Notes: generated from the letters alone by a model not told the origin. Numbered from the stretch's first letter, positions 28,330 to 37,489 are shown. The stretch: 64,000 nucleotides of DNA from Alphaproteobacteria bacterium MarineAlpha5_Bin9 (GCA_002937895.1 PTKV01000009.1:5333-69332), one strand, 5' to 3'. Numbers and translations: made by a program.

Positions 28330-28713
28330 TTAATAGTCCTCATAAGATTTAACTTCTACTATTGCTGAGCCAAATTTTTGATTTATTTCAAGTTTAATTT
28401 TCGATCTTTGGTCATTTGAAAAATAAACTAATCTAGCTAATTCAATAAATTTATTATCAAAAATTTTTTTTCTTTCACAATCTCTAATCTCATCTTCTAC
28501 TTCCCAAAGTTTTGTATTAATTTTTACTAATTCATTAATATAATTATCTAATTCATTATGCTTAAAATATTCTTTTAAAACATCATTTAACATTTGCAAT
28601 TCTTTTGAGATAAATTTTAATTTTTCTAATTCTTTTATTTTTTCTTTCTTAATCATTAAAATTGAAATTTTATCAACTAATTCACCAAGTGAAATTGGGG
28701 TATTTATAATCAT
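28330..28713 (-). CDS. Conserved hypothetical protein (possibly DUF6165-like)
   Basis: 127-aa helical protein with a KLWEVEDEIRDCER motif. Tightly packed against the cupin gene. The family assignment is from memory only. Confidence 0.45.
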   Translation of the reverse strand: MIINTPISLGELVDKISILMIKKEKIKELEKLKFISKELQMLNDVLKEYFKHNELDNYINELVKINTKLWEVEDEIRDCERKKIFDNKFIELARLVYFSNDQRSKIKLEINQKFGSAIVEVKSYEDY

Positions 28714-28718
28714 CTTAT

Positions 28719-29084
28719 TTATATTCGATCATATATATCATCATATCTAATAATATCATCTTCTCTTAAATCACTTCCATACTGAATTTCAATAATAATT
28801 AGATCTTCATTATTATTATTTTCTAATCTATGCTTTGATTTTTTAGGAATAAATATGTTTTCATTTTCTCTTAAAAGAATTTCTTTTTCTATAGCTGTTA
28901 CCTTTGCAACTCCCTGAACAACTATCCAGTGTTCTGACCTATGATTATGACTCTGCAAAGATAATTTTTGACCTGATTTAACTATAATTTCTTTTACCAA
29001 ATGATTTTTGCCTATATTAATTATTCGATAACTGCCCCAAGGTTTTTGAACTTCTTTATTCATTAGATTATTTATAATATACAA
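28719..29084 (-). CDS. Cupin-domain protein (type II phosphomannose isomerase C-terminal-domain-like)
   Basis: 121 aa. KPWGSY...LSLQSHNHRSEHWIVVQG cupin metal-site motif. Confidence 0.7.
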   Translation of the reverse strand: MYIINNLMNKEVQKPWGSYRIINIGKNHLVKEIIVKSGQKLSLQSHNHRSEHWIVVQGVAKVTAIEKEILLRENENIFIPKKSKHRLENNNNEDLIIIEIQYGSDLREDDIIRYDDIYDRI

Positions 29085-29113
29085 AATTTAACAAAATAAT
29101 GTAATATTTAATT

Positions 29114-29764
29114 ATGTATAAAATAGCACCTTCTATACTTGCTGCAAATATCCTTAATCTTGGTAAAGAAATTACTGATTTGGATAAAGCTGGGGCTGAC
29201 TATTTTCATATAGATATTATGGATGGAAATTATGTTCCTAACCTTACATTTGGCCCTGAAATTGTAAAAAAAGCAAAAAAAATAACAAAAAAAACTTTAG
29301 ATGTACATTTAATGATCAAAAATGTAGAAAAATTTATTCCCATATTTTCAAAGTCTGGTGCTGATATAATAAGTTTTCATCCTGAAGCTGTTAATAATAC
29401 CAAAAAAATAATAAAATTAATTAAAAAGCATAAAGTAAAAGCAGGTTTAGCTATACATCCTAATGTTAAAGTTTCAGATATATCCAAATATTTAAATTTA
29501 ATTGATATAGTTGTTGTTATGACCGTAGTTCCTGGCTTCGCTGGTCAAAAATTTATGAAAAATCAAATTAAAAAAATTTCTTTTTTAAAAAAATATAAAG
29601 AAAATAATAATTTAAATTTTGATATAGAAATTGATGGTGGCATAAATTATAAAACAGCTAATATATGCAAAAAAGAAGGGGCTAACATATTAGTAGCTGG
29701 ATCATTTATTTATGGATCTAAAAATAAGAATTACAAAAAAATTATTAAAAAACTAAAAAAATAA
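29114..29764 (+). CDS. rpe: Ribulose-phosphate 3-epimerase
   Basis: 216 aa. SILAAN, HIDIMDG, DVHLM and VNPGFAGQKF-like motifs. Confidence 0.9.
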   Translation: MYKIAPSILAANILNLGKEITDLDKAGADYFHIDIMDGNYVPNLTFGPEIVKKAKKITKKTLDVHLMIKNVEKFIPIFSKSGADIISFHPEAVNNTKKIIKLIKKHKVKAGLAIHPNVKVSDISKYLNLIDIVVVMTVVPGFAGQKFMKNQIKKISFLKKYKENNNLNFDIEIDGGINYKTANICKKEGANILVAGSFIYGSKNKNYKKIIKKLKK

Positions 29765-30651
29765 TGGATTGGAACAAATTAAAATCTTTTTATGAAGTCG
29801 CATTAAACAATAGTATCTCTAAAGCAAGTTACAAACTTAATATTAGTCAATCAGCTATAAGTAGACAAATTCAAGATTTAGAATTTGATTTAAATACTTT
29901 ATTATTTTTTCGTCATCAAAAGGGTGTAAGATTAACGGAACAAGGTGAAAATTTATTTCAATCAGTAAATAAAATTATTACTTCAATATCTGAATTTGAA
30001 CAAAAGCTTTTAGACAAAAAAATTAAACCTGCTGGAAAATTAACAATTAATACCACTGTAGGATTTGGAGCAACTTGGCTAACACCTAGAATAAATAAAT
30101 TTACTGAAAAATATCCTGAATTAAATATTAGTTTAATTTTTAGCGATGAGGAAGTAGATCTCTCAAGCAGAGTTGCGGATATTGCAGTAAGAGTTAAAAA
30201 ACCAACTCAATCAAATTTAATTTTTAAAAAATTTGTTAATTTTCATAATCATATTTATGCATCAACAGAATATCTAAAAAAACATGGTATTCCAAGAAAT
30301 ACTTTTGACTTAGATAAGCATAATTTGATTTGTTTTGGATCTGGATCACCTTCTCCTGTTTCAAATATAGATTGGATTTTAAAAATAGGTAAAGAAACTG
30401 GTAAAAGAAAGCCAAAATTTAGAGTTAATAGTATTTATGGCATGTCTTTAGCTGTAGAAAATAATTCAGGGTTAGCGGCTCTCCCAGATTATATGGTAGC
30501 AGATAAACCTCATCTGGTAAGAGTTTTACCAAATTTAGAAGGTCCATCTTATCAAACATATTTTGTTTATTCTGAAAGTTTTAAAAATGATAGAAGATTA
30601 GAAGTTTTTAGAGATTTTTTGTATACGGAGGCAAAAGATTGGAGATATTAG
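29764..30651 (+). CDS. LysR-family transcriptional regulator
   Basis: 295 aa. N-terminal wHTH (SISKASYKLNISQSAISRQIQDLE) plus a substrate-binding domain. Confidence 0.9.
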   Translation: MDWNKLKSFYEVALNNSISKASYKLNISQSAISRQIQDLEFDLNTLLFFRHQKGVRLTEQGENLFQSVNKIITSISEFEQKLLDKKIKPAGKLTINTTVGFGATWLTPRINKFTEKYPELNISLIFSDEEVDLSSRVADIAVRVKKPTQSNLIFKKFVNFHNHIYASTEYLKKHGIPRNTFDLDKHNLICFGSGSPSPVSNIDWILKIGKETGKRKPKFRVNSIYGMSLAVENNSGLAALPDYMVADKPHLVRVLPNLEGPSYQTYFVYSESFKNDRRLEVFRDFLYTEAKDWRY

Positions 30652-30654
30652 TCT

Positions 30655-30682
30655 TTGACTTACTTAATTTTTTTTGTATAAG
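30655..30682 (+). promoter_or_regulatory. Sigma-70-like promoter candidate (TTGACT-16 nt-TATAAG)
   Basis: Hexamers at 30655-30660 and 30677-30682 in the 183-nt spacer upstream of the AhpD-like gene. Specificity is low in an AT-rich genome. Confidence 0.3.
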
Positions 30683-30693
30683 TTTTGATAAAT

Positions 30694-30777
30694 ATGGGTT
30701 ATCCAAAAAAACATAGAGGCCGAAGAAAAAGAGGCTCGAAATATAGAAGAAATAAAAAACGTCAAAAAAAGAAATAA
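30694..30777 (+). CDS. Candidate 27-aa polybasic micro-ORF (or leader ORF)
   Basis: MGYPKKHRGRRKRGSKYRRNKKRQKKK. Locally GC-enriched codons (GGC CGA, GGC TCG). Starts about 12 nt after the candidate -10 box. No clear SD. Confidence 0.25.
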   Translation: MGYPKKHRGRRKRGSKYRRNKKRQKKK

Positions 30778-30834
30778 TTTTATTTAATCTTTAACATATT
30801 TGTTTTATCATCTTTCCTTAATCAAGGAGACATA

Positions 30835-31227
30835 ATGACATTTTTTAAAAAAATATCTGAAAAACAAGCTCAAGGGAAAATAAAAAAAATTTTCCAAGAA
30901 ATTAAAGAAAAAAGAAAAATAAATTTTATTCCTAATTTTTGGAAAACCATTGCTAATAATCCAGACACATTAGAGAGAACTTGGAACTCATTACAACAGG
31001 TAATGAAAAAGGGGGAATTAAGCACGCTTACTAAAGAAATGATTTACGTAGCTGTATCTATGACAAATAGCTGTAAATATTGTATTAAATCTCATACTCT
31101 TGCTGCAAAAAAACAAGGTATGTCTGATGAAATGCTTAATGAACTTATCGCTGTTGTGGCTATGGCAAATGAAACAAATAGATTAGTTGAATCTTATCAG
31201 GTTGAATTAGATAGCTATTTAAAATAA
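30835..31227 (+). CDS. Carboxymuconolactone decarboxylase-family (AhpD-like) protein
   Basis: 130 aa. CxxC-H motif (SCKYCIKSH). Good SD (AAGGAGA) upstream. Confidence 0.8.
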   Translation: MTFFKKISEKQAQGKIKKIFQEIKEKRKINFIPNFWKTIANNPDTLERTWNSLQQVMKKGELSTLTKEMIYVAVSMTNSCKYCIKSHTLAAKKQGMSDEMLNELIAVVAMANETNRLVESYQVELDSYLK

Positions 31228-31240
31228 ATAATTAAATTTT

Positions 31241-32449
31241 TCAAGTAGCTAATCTAGCCACAGGTTTTTCAATAATTGGAATATGCATAAACGCTGACAA
31301 AAAACCTAAAGCAACACATATCCACCACATTAAATCATAGGAACCATAAGTATCAAATAATCTACCTCCTAACCAAGATCCTAAAAAAGAACCTATTTGA
31401 TGAATAAAAAATACCCAACCATAAAGCATAGACATATAAAAAGGACCAAATACAACTGTAATAATTCCACTTGTCAATGGAACAGTAGAGAGCCATAAAA
31501 TTCCCAAAAGACATGCAAATATTAACACTATTAATTCTGTCTTTGGTAAATAAATAAAAATTAAAAATAACAAACCTCTTAAAGTATATAGGAGAGCCAA
31601 TAAGTTTTTTTTGGATAATCTGTCCCCTAGATATCCAAAATATAAAGTGCCAATTACATTAAAAATACCAATTAAAGCTAATGCCCATCCTCCTAACCAA
31701 AATGGAAGATTTTCGTCTTTAATAAAAGCTGGCAAATGAACAGCAACAAAAGTTACATGAAAACCACATACAAAAAATCCCATTGATAAATAATTAAAAC
31801 TTTTAGATCTAAAAGCTTCAAAAATAGCTTCTTTAACTGTTTGTTTAGTTCCTTTTTTTGATGCTTCGGATATTGAAGAAAAATTTAAGAAATAACAAAA
31901 AATAAGCATCAATGATGCTACTCCTGCTAAAAGAAGAATTGATTGTGACCATCCAATAATTTCAATGCCATAGGTTATAGAAGGAACCATAATAAATTGA
32001 CCAAAAGAACCAGCTGCCATAACTATACCAAGTGACAAAGTTCTATTTTCTGCTCTTACGGATCTGCCTACAGCCCCAAGAATAACTGCAGTACCACATC
32101 CTGCTGAACCGAATCCCAACAATGCCTGACTAACTATAACATCAGAAGCTGATTGAATATTAGCCATCCAAAGTAAGCTAATAATAACAATAATTACACT
32201 TAAAAGAGCTGCTTTTCCTGAACCATATTTATCAGAAATTGCGCCAAAAATTGGCGAACCTATTCCTATCACTAAAACATTTAAAGCAGATGCAAATGAA
32301 AAAAGTTCTCTTCCTGTATCAAGATATTCGGTTATCGGTAAAAGATACAAACCCATAGAATGTCTAATACCAAATGAGATTAGTAATAATGCACTTCCTC
32401 CTATTATAACTAATAAAGGTATTAGTTCAGTTCTATTTAAAAATTTCAT
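31241..32449 (-). CDS. MFS transporter
   Basis: About 402 aa with 12 predicted TM segments. The start is moved to the ATG at 32449, which is preceded by AGGAG with a 7-nt spacer. The upstream ATG at 32467 would contain that SD in its own codons. Confidence 0.8.
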   Translation of the reverse strand: MKFLNRTELIPLLVIIGGSALLLISFGIRHSMGLYLLPITEYLDTGRELFSFASALNVLVIGIGSPIFGAISDKYGSGKAALLSVIIVIISLLWMANIQSASDVIVSQALLGFGSAGCGTAVILGAVGRSVRAENRTLSLGIVMAAGSFGQFIMVPSITYGIEIIGWSQSILLLAGVASLMLIFCYFLNFSSISEASKKGTKQTVKEAIFEAFRSKSFNYLSMGFFVCGFHVTFVAVHLPAFIKDENLPFWLGGWALALIGIFNVIGTLYFGYLGDRLSKKNLLALLYTLRGLLFLIFIYLPKTELIVLIFACLLGILWLSTVPLTSGIITVVFGPFYMSMLYGWVFFIHQIGSFLGSWLGGRLFDTYGSYDLMWWICVALGFLSAFMHIPIIEKPVARLAT

Positions 32450-32691
32450 TTGATGACTCCTAAACAATATTGAATAGCTTGCTGAAATTGTAAATTCTGA
32501 AAAATATACATATAGACGGTGCTACATGAAAACAATGAAAATAATAGCATCCTTAAACTCCAGATAAACTTTTTATTAACAATACGTTTTTTACTATTTC
32601 CGCCAAAATTGATCCTATTCACGATAAAAAGGGTTATTTCAATAAAAAACCATGCTAAAGTGATGGCTAAAATTACAATTATAATATTCAT
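32446..32691 (-). CDS. Candidate 81-aa two-TM protein upstream of the MFS gene
   Basis: Two hydrophobic segments separated by a basic loop. Its TGA overlaps the preferred MFS ATG as ATGA. Its own start has no SD and lies only 25 nt from the divergent gene. Confidence 0.3.
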   Translation of the reverse strand: MNIIIVILAITLAWFFIEITLFIVNRINFGGNSKKRIVNKKFIWSLRMLLFSLFSCSTVYMYIFQNLQFQQAIQYCLGVIK

Positions 32692-32716
32692 TAAAGATTA
32701 AGTATGAAAAATAACT

Positions 32717-33718
32717 ATGTTTAGATTTTTTACAACAAGAAAATGGTTTTTATGGGGTTGGCTAGGTTCTGCTATCATTTTATCATCCCTGTGGTTCCAA
32801 GTCAAAATTGATGTTGAAATCAACGAATGGTTTGGAGAATTTTACGATATGATCCAAAAAGCTCTAGGAGCACCAAATTCAATAACAATTTCGGAATATT
32901 GGGCAAGTCTACTTTCATTTATAATCCTTGCTGGCATGTATATTGCATTAGCAGTTGCAATTAGTTTTTTTACAGCTCATTTTCTATTTAGATGGCGTAC
33001 TGCAATGGTAGAATGGTATCATAGCGTATATGACAAAGCCAGAAAAATAGAAGGAGCAGCACAAAGAGTTCAGGAAGATACAATTAAATTTTCACGCATT
33101 ATGGAATCACTTGGCACAAGCTTAATTGAATCAATTATGGTTTTAGTTCAGTTTATTCCTATTCTATTAGGATTATCAATTGGTATTCCAATTTTCTTTT
33201 TTGGTGATTGGCAATATGGATTAATTACTGGTGCTTTACTTTGGACTTTAGGTGGAACAATATTTTTAATAGGACTTGGATGGTTATTACGACTAGTTGG
33301 TGTTGAATATGACTTACAAAAAAAAGAAGCTGCCTACAGAAAAATCTTGGTAATAGCAGAAGATGATGGAAGTGTTAGACCAAAAACAATTGAAGAGTTG
33401 TTTGATGGTGTTCGTTCAATTCATTTTTTAAGCTATCTACGCTATCTATATTTCAATATTGGACGCATAGCATATTTACAAGCTAATGTATTATCAGCAT
33501 ATGTATTTCTAGCACCTGCTATTGTAGCAGGAGTTGTTACACTGGGCGTAATGCAACAAATTATCAGAGCTTTTGGAAGAGTTGAAGGTTCAATGCAATA
33601 TTTATTAAAAGCATGGCCAACTATTATTGAATTAGCTAGTGTCTATAGGCGTTTAAGAGAATTCGAAGATAGAATTGAAAAAAGTATATTTGATGACAAA
33701 TCTAGTGAAAAAATTTAA
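32717..33718 (+). CDS. SbmA/BacA-like peptide-uptake transporter (short form, no ATPase domain)
   Basis: 333 aa. Long collinear similarity to my recollection of E. coli SbmA (FRWRTAM, IEGAAQRVQEDT, EAAYRK, YFNI..YLQ, VYRRLREFE). Confidence 0.85.
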   Translation: MFRFFTTRKWFLWGWLGSAIILSSLWFQVKIDVEINEWFGEFYDMIQKALGAPNSITISEYWASLLSFIILAGMYIALAVAISFFTAHFLFRWRTAMVEWYHSVYDKARKIEGAAQRVQEDTIKFSRIMESLGTSLIESIMVLVQFIPILLGLSIGIPIFFFGDWQYGLITGALLWTLGGTIFLIGLGWLLRLVGVEYDLQKKEAAYRKILVIAEDDGSVRPKTIEELFDGVRSIHFLSYLRYLYFNIGRIAYLQANVLSAYVFLAPAIVAGVVTLGVMQQIIRAFGRVEGSMQYLLKAWPTIIELASVYRRLREFEDRIEKSIFDDKSSEKI

Positions 33719-33721
33719 AAA

Positions 33722-34081
33722 GTGATATTTTTACTTTTTATCATAATTCCTTTAGTTGAAATAACAATATTTATATACATCGGATCTATGATAGGAATAT
33801 TTAATACTATATTAATTATTTTATTAACTGCAATTACTGGAATTTACTTTGTTAGAAAACAAGGCTTAAGTTTAATATTTAATGCTCAAAAAAATATGTA
33901 TCAAGGAATTTTCCCTACCGAAGAAATAAAAGGTGGAATCTTTTTACTTGTTTCTGGATTACTTTTGATTACGCCAGGTTTTTTTACAGATATAATAGGC
34001 TTTTCTTTTTTTCTTAAACCAGTTCAAAAATTTGTAGCCATAAATGCTAAAAACTACTTTAACTCTAGGTTAAGAAAGTAA
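33722..34081 (+). CDS. fxsA: FxsA-family inner-membrane protein
   Basis: 119 aa with a GTG start. PLVEI...GS.IG and LLITPGFFTDIIGF motifs. Confidence 0.8.
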   Translation: MIFLLFIIIPLVEITIFIYIGSMIGIFNTILIILLTAITGIYFVRKQGLSLIFNAQKNMYQGIFPTEEIKGGIFLLVSGLLLITPGFFTDIIGFSFFLKPVQKFVAINAKNYFNSRLRK

Positions 34082-34990
34082 ATTTTTCATTTTTTTACTT
34101 AGATCAATTAAATTATTGACAGCAGTATTTTGTTCTGGGCTTTCTATATTAGACAATGGAGGCATTAATCTATTCCATTCTTGATTATTTTGATCTACAG
34201 ATAAAAAAGCCTTCAATGTACTTATAGGCTCTCCGCTAAAAATCGCTGCACGAATATCTTCAATTAATTTTTGAAATTCAAAAAAATTATCAATTTCTGG
34301 TTCTTTTTTCCAATTATTGACTATAAAAGATAATAATTCACCAGCAATATTAGCAGCAGCAGTAATAGCTCCCGAACCTCCATGCTTAACAGCTTTAAGG
34401 GCTAAAGAATCTGACCCAGATAAAACACTAAATTCAGGAAAAATTTTGATCATTTTCAACATATTATCAATATTCTCACTAGAATCTTTAATACCAATAA
34501 TATTTTTTGGAAATTTACTAATCAATTTTTCAATTACATTCAAATCAATACTAATCCCAGACATTTGAGGGATATGGTAAAGAAGATAGTTTAAATTATT
34601 ATCAGCAACTTCTTCAATAACTCTTGAATAATAATCAATTAAACCATTTGAATTAATTTTTTTATAGTAAAATGGAGGAAGCATTAAAACAGCTTTAACT
34701 TTCATTTTAGAAACTGCTTTAGTAAAAAATATTGTATCTTTAATAGAGTTTAATCCTGTGCCTGGAATTAATCTATTTGAATCAAAATTATTATTTATAA
34801 GAAACTCTAAAGATTCAATTTTCTGATTAATTGAAAGTAAATTAGCCTCTCCAGTAGTTCCAAAAATAGCTATACCATCAATTTTTTTTATTAAACTATT
34901 ACAATGTTCCAACAACATCTTATTATTAACTGAAAAATCTTCATTATAAGGAGTTAATGAAGCAGAAAAAACACCTGAGATTTTATTCAT
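34070..34990 (-). CDS. Dihydrodipicolinate synthase/N-acetylneuraminate lyase-family (class I aldolase) protein
   Basis: 306 aa. GTTGE motif, Tyr (LLYHIP) and Schiff-base Lys context (IGIKDSS). Substrate cannot be determined from sequence. Confidence 0.75.
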   Translation of the reverse strand: MNKISGVFSASLTPYNEDFSVNNKMLLEHCNSLIKKIDGIAIFGTTGEANLLSINQKIESLEFLINNNFDSNRLIPGTGLNSIKDTIFFTKAVSKMKVKAVLMLPPFYYKKINSNGLIDYYSRVIEEVADNNLNYLLYHIPQMSGISIDLNVIEKLISKFPKNIIGIKDSSENIDNMLKMIKIFPEFSVLSGSDSLALKAVKHGGSGAITAAANIAGELLSFIVNNWKKEPEIDNFFEFQKLIEDIRAAIFSGEPISTLKAFLSVDQNNQEWNRLMPPLSNIESPEQNTAVNNLIDLSKKMKNLLS

Positions 34991-35784
34991 TAATATAATA
35001 ATATCAGAATAATTGAGCCAAGTAAAATTCTATATATAATAAAAATATTATAATTTGTCCTTTTTAAAATCGCCATCATAAAATTAATAGATATTAAAGC
35101 TGTTATAAAAGAAATGATCATAGATATAATTGTGTTATTAAAATTTAAATATATTTGATTTGATTGATATATTTCTAATAAAATCAAAGTCATAGAAGCT
35201 ATAATAATAGGTATAGATAATATCATTGAAAAAATAGCAGATGATTCTCTATTTATTCCTAAAATTCTTGCTCCTGTAATAGTTACTCCTGCCCTACTTG
35301 CTCCAGGGATAAAAGCAAATGATTGACATAAACCTATAAAAAAACATTTTAAAAAACTTATTTCTGACCATTTTCTTTTTGAAATGGAATATCTATCTGC
35401 AAAAAATAATATAATAGCAAATAAAATATTTGAATAAGCTATAACATATAAGTTTCTTAAATTATCGTATAAAAAAATAAAAATAAAAAATCCTACTATT
35501 ACAGCAGGTATAGTAGCAACTACGATTTTTAAAGAATAATTACTTTGTAATTTAACATCAATTGAATTTATTAAAATTTTACTTAAATGTTTTCTAAGAT
35601 AAAATACAACTGCTCCAAGAGTGCCAAAATGGATTGCAATATCATTTATTAAACCTTGATCTTGCCATTTAAATAAATTTGACAATAAAATTAAATGAGC
35701 AGAAGAACTAATGGGGAGAAATTCTGTAATACCCTGGGTAATACCTAATATAATATATTGTAAATCAAACATAATATTATCCAA
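34990..35784 (-). CDS. uppP: Undecaprenyl-diphosphate phosphatase
   Basis: 264 aa, polytopic. EFLPISSSAHL and PGASRAG motifs. Confidence 0.9.
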   Translation of the reverse strand: MDNIMFDLQYIILGITQGITEFLPISSSAHLILLSNLFKWQDQGLINDIAIHFGTLGAVVFYLRKHLSKILINSIDVKLQSNYSLKIVVATIPAVIVGFFIFIFLYDNLRNLYVIAYSNILFAIILFFADRYSISKRKWSEISFLKCFFIGLCQSFAFIPGASRAGVTITGARILGINRESSAIFSMILSIPIIIASMTLILLEIYQSNQIYLNFNNTIISMIISFITALISINFMMAILKRTNYNIFIIYRILLGSIILILLY

Positions 35785-37291
35785 ATATTTGCTTTAACAA
35801 ATCCTTACCTTTTTTAAGAGGTTCTGCATTTTTGTTTGAAAAATATTTTTCTAAAAAAATTAAATAAGTATTAAAATCTTTCAAAGTTTTTATCTTGCTT
35901 TCTTTATCAGTATCGTTGTTATCTTCTATATTAGATAATTCTGTATCTACATAATTCATAGACTCTGGAATAGTAGTAAATGGTCTATGTTGATTAATAA
36001 CTAATCTATCATGTAATTCTTGATGAATAAATTTGAAATCACGTTCATTTAAAGTTTCAGGGCTTTCGTCAAAAATTAATCTTTTGGCAATAAAACTAGC
36101 CCTAGGATCTTCCAGCATTAGAGCATATTTATATTTATCCTTCCAATTATCTTGCTGATGAAAAGATCTAATAACATCTTGCTGGCCAAAACTTAGATAC
36201 ATGTTAGCTTTACTCTCTGGAAAAATATTATCTTGAGATGACATTTCTTCCTTTTCTAATTGCCTATCAAGTTCCATATATTTAAATTTTTCTGATAAAG
36301 TTTTGTTTTTAAAAACTTTCTTAGCTCTTTCATTTAATAGATCTGATCCTAAATTATCATAAGGAGAATATCGTGTAGCTAGTTTTCCAGAAAATAAAAT
36401 TGGATTTTTATTACAAATTACATATCTGTTCTTTTTTTTTATAATTTTTTTAAATTCATCATTATTGCTTTCTATAATGGGTTCAGGATCATGTTTTAAA
36501 TCAATTGTATGATACCAACCTTTATATTGAGATTCACATACCATTGATAATGCTTGGATTTGAATTTTTCCAAACCAATAATTAATACAGCAAAAACCTC
36601 TATTATTATTAATGAAATTTGCTGCTTTTTCAGCATTCATAGTTAATTCTAAATTTTTCCAAACATCAATATCATTATCATAAATATATTTAGCTAGAGA
36701 TATTGTTGTTCGCACATCTGATAATGCATCATGAGCATTTTCTTGGCCTAGGTTATTTAGTTCAGCTAATACTCCAAGTTTAAAAATTTGGCTGCCTTTT
36801 GCATTACTTCCTACACTTATTAATGAAGGATTTAAACCATACATCCCTCTTGCTAAATTGAGTGTATCTCCTCTATTTGGTCTAGTTATGTATGGAAAGT
36901 AAAGATTGTTTAACAAATTATACTCTAAAACAGTTTCATCAAATTCTAGCGTATTGTGACCTATAAAAATAGAATCTGTAGAATTATCTTTCCATTCTAA
37001 AAAAACTTTATTGATAAGAGAAATTAATTCATAAGAAGAAAGCTTAGCAGTGATTGAATCTTGTATAGTTTTATTTGTAGTTAATAAGGCTCCAGGCTGA
37101 GGAATAATAGAAGTGCGCAATCTACAAAATTCATTTAAAGTCTTATTTGAAGGAGTTAAATTTTCATTGGTTACTATAGCACCAACTTGTAAAATTTGTT
37201 CCCAATTTGCTTTAAAGCCAAAAGAGTTTGGATTTTCTTTTTTTCCTTTTCCAGTAGTTTCAAAATCATAAAAAATATAATTATTATTCAT
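35777..37291 (-). CDS. sbcB: Exodeoxyribonuclease I-like DEDDh 3'-5' exonuclease
   Basis: 504 aa. Exo motifs YDFETTG, GHNTLEFDETV and NAHDALSDV are collinear with my recollection of E. coli SbcB, followed by a long C-terminal SH3/helical-like region. Confidence 0.75.
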   Translation of the reverse strand: MNNNYIFYDFETTGKGKKENPNSFGFKANWEQILQVGAIVTNENLTPSNKTLNEFCRLRTSIIPQPGALLTTNKTIQDSITAKLSSYELISLINKVFLEWKDNSTDSIFIGHNTLEFDETVLEYNLLNNLYFPYITRPNRGDTLNLARGMYGLNPSLISVGSNAKGSQIFKLGVLAELNNLGQENAHDALSDVRTTISLAKYIYDNDIDVWKNLELTMNAEKAANFINNNRGFCCINYWFGKIQIQALSMVCESQYKGWYHTIDLKHDPEPIIESNNDEFKKIIKKKNRYVICNKNPILFSGKLATRYSPYDNLGSDLLNERAKKVFKNKTLSEKFKYMELDRQLEKEEMSSQDNIFPESKANMYLSFGQQDVIRSFHQQDNWKDKYKYALMLEDPRASFIAKRLIFDESPETLNERDFKFIHQELHDRLVINQHRPFTTIPESMNYVDTELSNIEDNNDTDKESKIKTLKDFNTYLIFLEKYFSNKNAEPLKKGKDLLKQIFG

Positions 37292-37312
37292 ACTTTTGAT
37301 AAGGCTATTCTA

Positions 37313-37486
37313 TTACTTATCAACCCAATAAAAATGATAAAATGCCGTTACTGCTATAGCAACAAATAATGCAATAAATGCTATATATATAACTATTTTA
37401 ATAGCCCAAAAAAGAACTGCAATTAAAAGGCCAATTGCTGTAATTGCAGCCCAAAAATACAATAATCTTTCAAGAAATTTTTGCAT
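37313..37486 (-). CDS. Candidate 57-aa two-TM protein (not in the ORF track)
   Basis: MQKFLERLLYFWAAITAIGLLIAVLFWAIKIVIYIAFIALFVAIAVTAFYHFYWVDK. The ATG is 3 nt after the ribokinase stop. It fills most of a 198-nt gap that is unusually long for this genome. Confidence 0.45.
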   Translation of the reverse strand: MQKFLERLLYFWAAITAIGLLIAVLFWAIKIVIYIAFIALFVAIAVTAFYHFYWVDK

Positions 37487-37489
37487 AAT

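Noticed and set aside
30694-30777. Calling the 27-aa polybasic peptide a Thx-type (bTHX) ribosomal protein.
   Set aside because: The similarity is only in length and composition, plus loose MG...RG..KYR spacing. The characteristic GKGD...RGK pattern I recall for Thx is absent. It is kept only as an uncharacterised candidate micro-ORF.
32519-32701. 60-aa plus-strand ORF in the MFS/SbmA-like spacer, considered as a possible missing N-terminus of the SbmA-like protein.
   Set aside because: It is in a different frame, ends before the SbmA-like start, and does not resemble SbmA N-terminal helices.
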